From: Thalia democratica
Lineage: Eukaryota
Length of the DNA stretch: 64,000 bases
Reading direction: 5' to 3'
Assembly (NCBI GenBank): GCA_965202585.1
Contig: OZ241827.1
Location: 51,460,001-51,524,000, forward strand
Positions 37,201 through 50,600 of the stretch are shown here, piece after piece. The position numbers and the translations under genes are program-made. Below the pieces are notes generated by a model, which worked only from the letters and a program-made list of their open reading frames with translations, searched no databases and was not told where the DNA came from. Within the stretch, counting starts at the first letter, position 1; the number at the start of each line of letters is the position of its first letter.

Positions 37201-40200
37201 TTAAAAGTCTTCTTCTCATGCACAACTTGCTTTTCTTGTATTGTTTTCCTCACTGCCACGTAGCTACTTTTGCTTGTTTACGCGTTAATAAAACTCTCAA
37301 GTCGAAGTTGACATCTACAGTCGACCTACAGTAACCCTGCCTTCGAGCGCTCTGAAGCGTTCTTGTGCTTTTAATAACTTTCAATGTCAATTGTGCACTT
37401 GTATGTATTAAATTTTTGTATGCTTTGCTGGGTTCGACAAGTCATACTGAATGGTGATGCATTGAAATCAAAATCGTATGCTTCTATTTACGAAAACGTG
37501 AAGAAAGTTTTGCGCTCAATGGAGATCAACAGTTGTTAAAAACTTAATATTATACCAGTTTCATTTACGTGTATACAACTGTAAAACTAACTATTCATTC
37601 CAAGCCACGTTTTACCCATGAATGAAGCTTCCAAATACAACTTGAAAGTGTTTTAAACTGCGGTTTTTAAAGCCATATTTTTTTAAAAGCTTTAATGTCT
37701 CACTTTAAATTTTCCAATTATTTTCAATCTTTGATGATTACAATCAGTTTTTCACAAATTTTTTCTCGTAGTATTTGAAAATTAATACTTGGCTTATCTT
37801 GACATTACAATAAGTCAAACTGTGACATACTTAAAGTTCTAGATTATTTTAAGTCGCCCTTGCAAAATGACAGTAAATTTATTAAGTTAAGTTTATTTTT
37901 CTGAACTTTTTCGGTTAACCATCTAACAGAGTTTTAAGCCGTGTTTTTTGTCATTGATTTTTTGTTATTTGTTTCACAATGTTTAAAGTAAAGTACTTTA
38001 ATTTCAATCTACAATATTTCACTGTAAAACAGTTAATCAGGGTATAAATAAAAAAGGTTTTGACCATTGCAATCCATTGAGATTGTCACTCATAAAGTAA
38101 AAGTATGTTATCATTAATGTTATTTTCATTGGCTTGCCGGCAGCGAACAATCAATTTGTATGTGTGGCTGGCCACTGACACATTACACCTTGTTAATTAG
38201 CTTTGGGGACTTTATAATAGAAACAGTCACACGCACCAGCACAAGTGAACTCTGCGAGCCACCTTGCATTGCAATTGCATGTTTTATTGTTTTACTGTTG
38301 ATGACAAAGCCAATACGTCAGCTTTTATTCACTTGCCTTTGCAGCAGGCATCATGAACGGAAGCTGACTGATGCTTCCCTTTTACAAAACTAAAGCACAG
38401 TCAATTCAGTGCGTGTTTTTTGCTACTTTAGCTTGCTCAAAAAGTAGTTTTTTTACCTTTCTTTTGTCCGTTTTTAGAATTTTGTTTTGCTTTGATCGGC
38501 TTTGAAGTCTGTTGTTGTAATTTTTACTCTACCTCTCTGTTACAATACATAATGTTGTTTTCATTGCTCCCATAGAAAAGTTTCCGCGTCGCCAAAACGA
38601 AAAAGTTTACTTTTGATGCCATTAAGCACGTTCAGGCTTTTAAAAGAGAAACTGTTTGGCCGTCAACAAGAATTGTAATTGAAAAAACGTTGGCAACGCG
38701 GAAACACTTGCGAAAAGCGTTTTTTGCGAGCTGATAAAAACAGCTGTGCTTTTTTCCTGTTCCTTGTTTATTACTCATGTACAACTCTGCCGGTGCTTCC
38801 GTTAATTAGTTTCTCGATGTTCAAAAAAAGCTAGCACCTTCTCGTTACTGCGATGGCCCGGCGCCGTTGAAAGTGTAATATAAGCTCGTTGAAAGGTTTA
38901 ACGATGCGTCTTAAAAAACGCGCTCATGGTTTTGCGTTTGCAAGCAGAGAAAAAGTTGCTTGTGTTTGCCGAACATCATGCCCAGTTCGCCTCTGTTTTT
39001 GACCAAAGTTATTTCGTCTGAATTTAAACACACAATGCGCGCTCTCATTCCAATGTTTGCTTCCTAGCAGCTTCTATTGTGTACGCTTCAAGCTACTTAA
39101 ACTTTCACCTAAACTTCGGTTTCAGCAAACTTGTGTGCTTCATTGTGTTCGAATGACCTTAATTGCCGCTTTCGTTTGCTCGCTCTGCAAAACACGACAT
39201 TATTCTGTAATCTTAAATGGTCGTCTCAATGCACGGCTTTTGTACACACGAGCTCTCATATGCGAGCACTGGTAATTACTTGCATGTAAATCTTAGTTTG
39301 CTCGTGCGAATTTGCTCGCCATTAACGTGTTGGGTTTCGTTGTGTTCTGTGTACAAAGGCTTGGCTAATTCTCGAAATCAAAGATAGAATTGAGAATGAG
39401 CTAATCTTTTTTGCAGTACTTAGTGACAGATAATTTAGGGTTGCAATGTTGAAAAAGTGTTTTATTTCAGGCAGAAGATGAGATAGTAATAATATGTGCC
39501 ACACCAAAGTAATTTATTTTTTTAAACATATTATCACAGTGATACTTGAAAACTGGTTTTAAATATTTTAAGTTTAATTGATCCTAAGTTTCACAACAAG
39601 TAAGTTAGTTTGCTAGCTTTGCATCATATTGTGCAGCTAACAGGAAGTGCATCTTTTTTTGCTGCTTAGCTATCATTCTCTGCTCTTTTTACAAAATGTA
39701 GTTAAATAAAATTTCTTAAAGAAAAAAAATAGCAAAGCCTGTATGACTTATTTAAATATTCATGAAAAAATTAGTATCTGAAATACCTTAATTAAATATT
39801 AAAGCTCTCGAAGCATTAAAGTTTCAAAGTGCGCTCTTAAAAACTTTTACAATCAACAAGCAATCTTTTATCTTGTCGCCTCGACCAACTGAAACAAACA
39901 TTAGCTACAAACGGTCAGCGTTTGCTAAACAAACAGCTTTAAAGTTAAGTCGTTTAATTTGTATATTTAGCTCATCGCGACTGTTGAAAACACCCTCACT
40001 TATGGACTTCAGATTTTTTCCTTAAATAAACCTCTAAATGGCAAATAGCAGCTTTGATCTGTTTTCGTTTTTTTTTTGCAAAAGTAGAAAACAAAACTAA
40101 TACAATTATAGAAATAGGCCTGGCAGGTAACAGTAGGGTATTAGAGCAGAGCACAGAGCAATGCTGTTGTATTATCTCAGGCAAATGGAATTTTGTTGTT

Positions 40201-43200
40201 GTCGGCTTTTGCACCCGTCTTACGTGTTGTTTTGCTCGCATTTTCACACACACAGGCTTTCTTGTCTCCGTGAACCCACATTGAAGATTTTCACGGCCGG
40301 AAAAGCAAGTCAGTGCTTTTATTTTTATCACATGCATACACGGGTGTGGCTGTTGTTTTGTAGAAATCCAGTTGTTTGTGCGCCTCGCAGTTGAATTTCC
40401 GCGTTTCGATAATAAGTGTTCGGCGCCCAGCTCCTTTAAATTTCACTGCGAAATGTAAAGAATCAGATAAATGTGTAGGAACACTGAGTTTTTTATTTCA
40501 AACCACACCCTGATAAATTTGCATGTTGTTGCACGTGTGGCCTGCGCTGAATTATTATCCTTAAGAAATTTACCAAAGTGTATCTTGTAATTTTAAGATG
40601 AATTATCTCTAGCAACGAACTCAAAAGATTTGCGCGCCATTAAAACTTTAATTTAAAAACCTACTATTGTTTTTGCAACGTGAACCATTATTCAGCCATT
40701 ATCGGCAGAATTTTTATGTGCAAAGTTTTGATAACAAACTGAAGTCTTATTGCTTATCCTCATATTAAGCCACGTTAAATTGACTATGAATGTTTGAATA
40801 CGGAGATTAATTAGTTAAAGATGTTTTCGCCGCGGCGTTTCGAAAAAGCAGCTCAGGCATTTCAGCAATTCGCTGCCGCTTTTTGTTTTCGTTGATAGCT
40901 CACCATCAAAAATACGCTTCTGTAAAACGAAATTCGTCGAAAACAAAAAAAAAACATTTTGGTGCAGCCAGGTTCAATGTTCCATTGTTTTTGTTGCTCT
41001 GATTTTTTTTTTCTCTCTTACTAAATATAAATAATAATATGAATTAATGAATTTATTCATTTCGCTACGAGCGCACAAGCTGTCCGCCTTATCGGGTTTT
41101 CGTTGGCACAAACCAAAAAGCTGCTCTGCGCCTCGCTCTTTCGTTTCTCTATCTTGTTTTCCACCAGCCTTCTTCCCTCTCTCTCATTTTTCTGACAACA
41201 ACACGTTCTGCGAAAATGTATTTTAATGAGCAGTCTAGGCCGTGTAGATCAGCAGTAGCTCTCGCTAGTAGCAAATACTAGATGAACAGTATCAAAGTAA
41301 TATTTGTTATACTTTAGAGTGATTGAAGTTGGTTTGCAGAAGTTGAAAATATTTTAGTTAGAGTTTAGCTATTTGTAATAAGTTTGTATCAAGCGGTTTT
41401 TTAAGTAGAAATGTCACGCTTATTTATTGAGATTTATTTATGATACCTGTGGTTTTCGTCTACTAGTTTAAATACTTCAGTCGAGAAATGAGTTTTTATT
41501 TTCATTATAAATATATTTCACTCTAAAAACTACTGTTAAGTTAACTTTAATGATTTTTGATTATAAAAAGTTGAACTGAAGTTTTTACTTGATATAATTG
41601 CTAAAATAGATATAACTTAATAATATGAAAAAAATATATTGTTCATTATAATTCATGTTTTACTATTAAAAAAAAGAGTTTAAAATTAAACTCTGTTTGT
41701 TTTTTAAGGTTTTTATTTTCATCTTTATTATATTTTAACAATCTTAGCTATAATAAATTTATAGTTTTTAAAACTTGACTGTGCATAAATTTCATATTAC
41801 TTAGCACATAAGTATATCAATAAAGTTTATTTACTGAGGCCGTAAATAAATTTAAAATCTAGTTTTTTGGTGTTGTCGACTGAAAACAAGTCTAGCTCGT
41901 ATTAAGTTTAAAGGCGCGCACCGGATTACAGGTGTAGAGTAACTGGAAAATTCAACACCTCGCCGAAAGTTTTCTTTTTCTAAATTTAAACGAATATTCA
42001 AGCAAAAATAAGCCTTATTATTTCTCCACGATCAATTTGCACGCATGGTCAGCTATTCAATCAATTAGCCGCTTCCCTCCAACATCTGCCCTTCTCTCTC
42101 TCTGCTTTTCTTTCAAAAGCCCGTATACTCATCCAGTTTTTTTATTTAATATCGTGGCCGACATCTGCTCTGTGCTTTGGAGTTGTGTCGTTTTTCTTCA
42201 GCGCGCTGACCAACTCGAGTGAAGCCTTTCTTTAGAAAATCGAGTTTATTTCAGCCCCAGCAATTTCCTAATTAAGAATGCGCCTTATTTTTAGAGCTGC
42301 TCAACGCTTGGCACATTTCAGATAATCTGCTTAGATAAGCAAGCCGCTGTTTTTGATCCCCACAGTATGACTGCGGCTTACTGAGCGCCGAGGCACGTTT
42401 TCATAATTCAGAATTCTTGATACGTTTTTGTGTTCAAGTTTGCCAGCCGCTTTTGCAGAATGCTGCAATGGCCTCTACTGCCACGTATGTGCGCTTGTGT
42501 CTCGTAAAAAAGCGGGTTAAGAGTTGAGCATGACGCACAGCCAGGAGCATATGTGCTGAGAACGACCGAGTTGTGCGAGAAATTTTATTAAGATTTGTAC
42601 GAATGCTCCGAGTGACCCCGCCCCGCAGCAATGCAACTTTTTCACGCCGCTTGAGTCTGACTGCCCAGCATGCATTATCCCATGCCACTTGATGTTTATA
42701 GCTGTTTTAAAAATTTTATTTATAAAAGCGATATAATCCATCGCTCGAGCTCCCCGATTACCTCGGCGCGAATTTCGCTGGTAAGAAAAATTGAATAATT
42801 GTCCGATTCACGCGCGCGTGTGTGGCAGAGTTTCTTCTGTTGCCAACTGGCTACTTCATTATGTATAATCATCTCGCGCAACGCTTGTTTATTAGTCATT
42901 TTCGGCTGCGACCGACCTTTTACCAATAAATAATTGCCCATTATTACGTTGGAGTCTCGCAAGGCAACGCTCCACTGCGGGAGTTCTTTTTAGTCATAGT
43001 TCAGCATTGTAAAAAAATTAAAAGCTTCTCGTTATGCAAGAAATTTTTGAATAAAAATGTAAATTGTTATTGCGGTTTTCAAACGTTGCACAAGTCATGA
43101 CTTACTGCGTCAAGCATCACGATATTTTGTTTCTCATGCGCTGTTGTGCTAAATAAAGCAAATGTTATGTGACCGCGTTGAATAACAGCAGAGAAAATAA

Positions 43201-46200
43201 ATTAAATTATCAACCAAACTCGTGTAAAGCAACTCAAAAATGCTGAATTTCATTCAAGCAAACGTGTGTGAAGCGCCGTGTACAGAGAATTCTCCGTGTT
43301 TCGTTTAAATTTAACAACCCCGCTGTTTACCGAAATAAACAGAACAAAAAAGTATTGATCGTTTTGTTTTGCTACGGACGTCAGCTTTAATGCCTTTGTT
43401 GTTGTCGTCGAAAAACCGGCCTTTGTGTATTTAATGGTGAAAGGCATAAGTCACGCGCTTGTTTGTTTGTTTGTTCTAGCAAATGTTCGGCGGTGGGGCG
43501 AAGTTACCGCCGCTTGTTAAACACCACCTTGTTAAAAAGAGAGCGAGTTTTTCTGTTTCCATGGCGACTAAATGGCCCCTTTCACAGCACAGATCCACAC
43601 CTCATTAACAAGCTCCACCCTCTTGTTGTTCTTGTCTTGTGACTGGGCGCTCAATGTCCAACACCTTTTGTGTGTTTTTCTCTCTCTATACATTACGTTG
43701 GTACTCAATATAATGGCAGTTGAGTCGTTGGCGGTTAGCAAATAACAGCGAAGCTTTTTCAATGTTTTTTGTTGGCTTTTCACTGTGAAGATTTGACGGC
43801 TCGTTATCTCTTTTGCTTACTCTCGCAAAAACTTCACAGAGCTTTTCACAGTTGAGATGCGCCTCGGCGGCGACTTTGCTTTCATCTGCAAAAAGCTTTT
43901 TTTTTTGTTGCGGAGGTCACGAGAAGTTGTTGAGAGTTGTTACTGTCGACTTGCTTTTGACTTTGCGCTTTTGTTTGTTTGTTTAACCAGCAATCACTTA
44001 AGTGACTAGTGTCAGCTAAACAGCTTTGATGTGAGACGCTTGAAAGCCGTGTAAGACGCGCTGCCGAAACCTTTGATTTCTTTGTTCAACTTCTCAAGCC
44101 GATGCTTGGCGCGCAGAAAACAAAAAATAAAGCTTTTCAAAAGGAATTTTCAATACGCGTTCTGGTTGCATCGTCACGAGTTTCAAGAAAAGAAAAGTTA
44201 AGCCCGTGCATAATGATGTTTGAAACGGGCTGTCTTTCTTGTCAAACACTCTCAGCATCTCCCCGCAGTACACCTTTCCACAATATGTTATTGCACGCAC
44301 CCTCTTTTCTGTGTGAGCTGTTTTCGTGGGAGAAAACAAAAGCAGAGCGTGTACGGGCTTGTTAGTCGCCAGGCTCAAGGCCGGTGCTTCCTCGTCGCCA
44401 TAACAACGTCACACATCTCGTTATTCGTTTCGAAGGCTTCTTCCGGTGTTTGTCTCGAAAACATGGCGAGGGAAAATTCAAAGTTGTTTTGCGAGGATGG
44501 AATGAAAATACGATTTTGAACGAGAGAGCGAGCCACTCTAAAAAATTCTCAACAAGCTCACACGCCCATTGCAATAAGAAGGCCGCCATACAACCAGCTA
44601 AGCTGCCAACATCGCTCTAAGACTAACGAATGAATTGTCTCATTTCCCTTCATTGTATTGAGCTTTAGCGTTTGTTATTGGTTTCTGCAGGAAGCAATAG
44701 AAAGTCGTGAAGTTTATTTGAGGAAAGAATAATAAATGGTTTGAGAGCTAAGGACGAACGTATTATTTTACTTAATATGGCTTGATTTGTTATATGTGGC
44801 TCATTGTTGTTTGTTTACTCTTTGTATAGCAAAAGCAGAAGAGATTGATAGAAGTAAAAAACTTTTTTTTTCTGGGAAAATCCGGAAATTTGCTGTTGTG
44901 AAATCATGTAGCCGTTGATGTTTATGGAAATTTTTGACGGAAAGTCCGCATTATTTTGTTTGATTTTCGTTTTCATCTGCTTTTTAAACATTTCAGAACT
45001 CTTTGTTTTATGCTGCACTTCAGCGCTGATAAACGTAAAACCACAGAAAAGATTTCTTTATTTAAAAATAAATCAATGGGAGTTGGTTTTATAATTTTTG
45101 CTTTTACTGCTTCATTTATAGTGATAAAATTTTTGCCAAAATTGTAATACGAAAGCTGTGGCTTTAAAAGTTTATTATTAGACCATTAAGTTTTACAGTC
45201 AGACTGTCTCAGAAAATTTTACATAAAAAAGACTGTAAAATATTTATTACGTTTGTTTGAAAGCAGTTTTTTTCTGTTGAACCTCGACACAAAGGCTCAG
45301 TGTCCATTTAGTTTAAAAAAAAAAAAGAATAAGAGAAATCGCGCAATCAAGCCGAAGAAAAGTTGAAAACAAAAGCTTCCTTGTTAGTCGCTCACGAGTT
45401 AACACAATAACGCGCACTGTTGATTTGCTCGAAGTTCGAAACATCCGTGTTTCCATGCGTTAGCTTGCTTTTGGATGGTTGTTTTTTGTTACATAAAAGC
45501 AAGTGGAAGCAGGAGGTTGTATAACGTTAGAAAAATTGATTAAAAACAAGAATTGGCAGGCTTATTTGTTTAAATGTAAATTTTGTTGCGAGCATAAAAG
45601 AGAAAGGTGCAGCAGTTCTGACCATAACACGCATTGTTTCTTTTCTTGTTAATTTTTTATCAGATCGCAAATCCTTGCATGTCTATTTATAAAACAACAG
45701 CGGCCGCTGTGTCTCAATTGCACTCAGCTGACTTTAGGGAACAGGCGGGGTTTAGAGCAGGAGAGCGGCGAGTGAGTTGGTCAGTGCAGTCGAATTTGAT
45801 AAAAATTTCTTTGTTTGTGCGAACTACTAGTTAAAATTGTAGTTAGTTTGAGCGTCGAAACTAGTTCTGCGCCTTTGCATCGTTGACATTCATCGCCTTA
45901 AGGTTTTACTACTAGAAAACAAATGTGCGCAGAGGTAAAGCAGAGCACAAGATATTTTGACACACAAACCTCGTTAACCTTGATTCACTTCAGCTAGTTT
46001 AAAGTATGCCTCTGCTCTGCGTTGGTAGTTCAAAGCCGAAATGCCAGCGCTCGATGATGCCAGCAGCGCTGACGTCACGGCAAGTTGTTTTTGTTTATTT
46101 ATGCTTCGTCTCTCAGAAACTCCCGGGCTCAAACCTCAAGCTCTGAGCTTTTTTTGTGCGCCAATGGCAAATGTCAGAACGGTTTCTTTTTAAACGAACC

Positions 46201-47000
46201 GGTGGATCTGTTTACCATCTCGAAGTTGTCTGACTGCTTGTTGTTGTCGAGCACAAATTAATTAATGGCTGATTGATTGACGAAGTCATTTAGTTTTTTT
46301 AAGTTCATTGTAGTTAAATAACTTTTTGCTCAGACCTTTGCTTTCTTTTTAAGATGTATTTTGTTGTATTTTTTCCTAGATGTTTTCGTTAAAGTATTTT
46401 CAAAATAATTATCTTGTTTTTTTTAATACCAGTTAGTACAAGGTAAGTAACAGTTGCTTCAGCCATGTTTACTTTTTTCTGCTGGCTGTGCAAACAAATT
46501 TTTGCCTCTTCGCAAATGTAGGTTAAGTAGGACAGAAGTCAACCCTTTCGTGTAAACAAAACCTTAACATAACAAATTATCTAAGAGTTTATGTAATTGT
46601 AAAAAAAGACCTCACATGACCGCGGTTTTAAAACAAGGCTCTCAAAAAAGTTTTGTCCATGCGCTTGGTTATGAAATGTTCTCATTTCTGCTCAATTAGG
46701 TGAAAGGTGGGGTGAATGCGGCATCATGAAGCTCCATTCCATCACCACATCGATCGTCAATTGCTGCAGAATGCGGTCAGTTTTGCAGTTTGCCTTTCGG
46801 TTTTTGTAGCCAGTACGTGATTTTTTGAGTAGTTTGTTGAACTAAGTGTTTTTATTGCACCTGTTTTGACAGACATGGTCAGTTTATTGAAAGCAGTATG
46901 GTTTTTCACATTAATCTAGCTTACCAGCAGATTTTATCTGCTAAAAGTTTGTGGTTGTAAATTTATACATTAGGGTAGTCAGGTTAACAAAAAATGTCAA
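31300..47000. promoter_or_regulatory. Extended CpG-rich, apparently TE-free upstream regulatory domain of headcase
   Basis: Abrupt rise in CG dinucleotides and GC content from ~31.3 kb; no TIR/TSD/LTR structures seen; only short unrelated ORFs. Confidence 0.55.
45730..46448 (+). promoter_or_regulatory. Putative headcase promoter and non-coding first exon
   Basis: GC-rich stretch (GGCGGGG, GAGAGCGGCG), initiator-like TCAGT at 45781, CRE palindrome at 46070, consensus donor AG/GTAAGT at 46443 that could splice to the acceptor at 47520. Confidence 0.45.
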
Positions 47001-47565
47001 CTTTTACGTGTTAATTTGAAAGTTAAAACTATTAGCAGACTTTTTGGCAAAACTTTTTGACCTTCTTAAGGGCAAAAAAGTTTGAAATCGAAATGTTACA
47101 AAGTTTTTAAGAATATTTAATATTTACAAATTCAAATTTTAATACGTGATGTTTTTTACAATACCAGTACCTTGTGTTGTTCACACATGCGAGAGAACAA
47201 ATAATTATTCTTACGTCATAGAGTGACTAGATATATACTTATGCTTATGTAAAAGCCTAATGTTAAGTGTTTTTTTTATCTCGTGATGTTAGTCTAGTTC
47301 TACTTTTTTTTCTAGGCTAATATTTACCAACAGTTTTATTACGAGTAATGTTCACGTAGCATTAATTGAATGTAAAAGTTTTGTGTTATTTAATGTTGCT
47401 TAGTTTAGATAATAAATTATAGTAAAAACAAATTAATCAAATACTTTTGAACTAGTATAACTGTTTTCTTTATATATAGTTATTTATAGTTGACTTTGTT
47501 TAACAATACTATTTTTTTAGATTTTAATTAAAATAGTTTAATTTGATAGTCAATAACAATAAAAT

Positions 47566-47617
47566 ATGAGCGCAACCTTATACTCCACTCAGCAGTCTTC
47601 TCAACCTTGGTCTACTG
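47566..47617 (+). CDS. hdc: headcase coding exon 1 (MSATLYSTQQSSQPWST); exon probably starts at 47521
   Basis: ATG at 47566 after AAAAT; donor GTTAGT at 47618, phase 1; upstream acceptor TTTTTTTAG ending at 47520. Confidence 0.7.
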
Positions 47618-50600
47618 GTTAGTAATATCTTTTATTATTAACGATTAATATAAATATATTTTTTTATCTTTATTTACATTGTGTATTTAAAAAAATTGTA
47701 AGTATTTACTAGTCTTCTGGTGAGTAATTTTTTTTTATAAAAAACAATTAACATAAATTTTTGATATACAGTTATAAACTTCTAAAATAATATTTTTTCT
47801 GTATTTTAAAAGTTTTGTAAACAGGAACTCTGAGCACCACGGGAAGCAAAAAGTCCAACCAATCGCAATTCAAAATGAACGGCGAACTGACGCTGAGCTC
47901 GTCGTCCTCGACAGCTTCGGGGAGCAGCAGCTCGAGGGGAGGCAGCCCGACAGACTCTTCAGGATCACCCAACTCTGGCACGATGATGCACAGCAACGTG
48001 AATACTATCGGCCAGTTTCAGCCCCGGAGCCAGAACAAGCCCATTCCAAACCAGTTAGTTATTTTTTATCGTTATTAGAAAAAAAACTGCTTGATAAGAA
48101 TCATAGTTTGATAATCTGTTAAGCGGTGAAACTTAGCAACGGTCTGAATTTGTAATATAAATTTTTTCAATTAGAAAAAAGTGTATTAACAAACTAGTTT
48201 TAACTGCTAAAGCGCTTTCATACTAGCTAAAGCTCGTTTTGTTTATGTTTTGTGCATGTTTCTCTCAGCAGCGTCATTCAGCATAAAATCGATATCAAAA
48301 TGCTAACCGTGACAAAATTGTTTTACAACAAGTGTTAGAGGAAATTATATGCTTAAATCTAAATGTTAAAGCTTTATTTTACTTATACGTAAATGTACCG
48401 AATATGAGAAAATTCGTATTACTTGACTGTTATGTAATTAGAAAAAAAAATTAACAAGAAACTTTTAAAATTTGTATTCAAATGTTTTCATATTAAGTTT
48501 TTGGATACCCAACGGCTCTATTTTACAGTGGTTGAAATTTACTGACAACAAAGCCAGTATTTCGGCTTTGAATAAATTTGGAACATAAACGCGTTTAAGC
48601 CTACTGTAGTTTTGTTTGCCGTCAAATACGTTGCTAAATCGTTAAAAAATCACAAAGGAAAAGTTATATCGAGAACGCTAACGATTACGGTCAACGGCAA
48701 AAATTAAAATCACTGTTTATTTAGCACAAATATGATACAAATTCTCCTTCTTTCTTTTTCATATCGTATTTACCTAAAGGGATTTCACCGAACAAATTTT
48801 TTATAGATAAATTCCTTTTCAGCCACGTTTACAAATCATTTATTCTATCTTAAGTAATCAGCTTTTAGCATAAAAAATTGTTTTTTGTTCTAAGGTTTTG
48901 CTAGCAAGAAGCATATGGTTTTAGTGCAAAGCAAAGTAATTTTTTTGTTGTTGTTTAATAATGACACAAGTGTTATACGCAAAGTTTTTAAAAACTGTTT
49001 ACAATAAAGCTTATATTGAGAGATATTTGCAAAACTATATATAAAAGCATACTGGTTAAAAAATTAAGTCTTTCTTTTCAATAAAGTTAAGCAATTTTAT
49101 TTGGGCAAAGCAAGACTTGCCCTTTAATAGCAGGTGCTAGAAAACTTTGTTTGTATAGAAATATTTTGGCCTTTCAGATAGCTTTGTTAACATTAAACAG
49201 AACGTTTTAGTTGAAGTTTAGTTCGTGATTAGTTTTTGGTTTTTGAGATAATAATATCTTTTTATACTATTTAGATAAGATTTCCAGGAAAACTATAAAT
49301 ATTTTATAATTTTATAGAATTAAGCTAGTCATATATATTTATTATTATTAGACTGATTAAAATTTATAATAAACTATCAATACCTTGTAAATATAAAACA
49401 TAAAAAAATAGAGATAAAAATTTACAAAGCTTTCCTAACATCTTTTAAAGCTGTTTTTCTCTTTCGAAACTAGCTTCTAGCACAAAATCATTGCTTCTTA
49501 CTCTCTTTTAGTACCATGAAATATTGATTTTTATTTAAACAGTTTTTGTTCTTTTATTTTATTTTTGTTTCATAAGAGCTTGAATTTGAAAGTACATGGT
49601 TTTGTTAGAGAACATTTAATTAATCTATTTTGAATCAAAATTTGCGTTTTGGTTTATTGAAAAATGATAATTTAAAGCTTTTGCTAATTTTATTTTTATT
49701 ATTTTATAATCACTCCATTTTAGTTTAATATTGGTTAATTAAGCCATTGTTTAAAAGATTCAAATAAAAACATACAAAAAGCCTATAATTAATGCCTAAA
49801 CAAAAAATAATTAAGCCATTTAAAGCGGTTTAATTAGTATTGTTTAATTAAGCAAAGCATATATAAGGCAGCAGAAAAATTACCAAATTACATTAGTCAA
49901 TTTTTTGTGTTACAGCACACAACTAACTTTTAGGCAACTTTTGTTTGAATTAATAGGCAAATATTTCGAATTATCATGAGTAGTTTAATCCCACTCAAAA
50001 TGCAACAGTAAGTGTTTTTCATCTCTGTTTTTCAAAAAGTAGTATAATTATACTGACATTTGATGTGTTATTTTGAACAGATATTTGTTGGTATTATTTT
50101 TTGAAAGTAATAGCATAAAATTTAAGCTTAATGTTTCATACCATTAAGATTGTTGAAATATTTTTATTTTGCAGATTAAAAAGTCGTTAGCCTCGTGCTG
50201 TGTATGCAATTACTTTAATGCGGCTACTCAGAACATTTATATTTATTTAATAACAATTAGATATTGACGGTTAGATAATTTTATGTAAAAGTTTTATATC
50301 AGCAACTTTTGTAAAAACACCTCGAATAGATTAACAAGTTCATCTGCAATAATATTCGCTTACCAGCAAAAATTCAAGTAGTTTATTGCAGAACAGCATT
50401 TTTTCGATATATTTCAACATCTACATTTAGTTTAAACAACCAAACTGCTATCTGTTACGCAAAATCATCAAAACTGGGCCATAAAATAGCTTGAGCATAA
50501 GTGATAATTAAATAAACTTAACGAGGAACTAAACTACATTTTAGCTTGAACAAACAAAAGTGTTTGCTTTTTTTTTTATAAAGCTCAGCAAATAAAAGTT

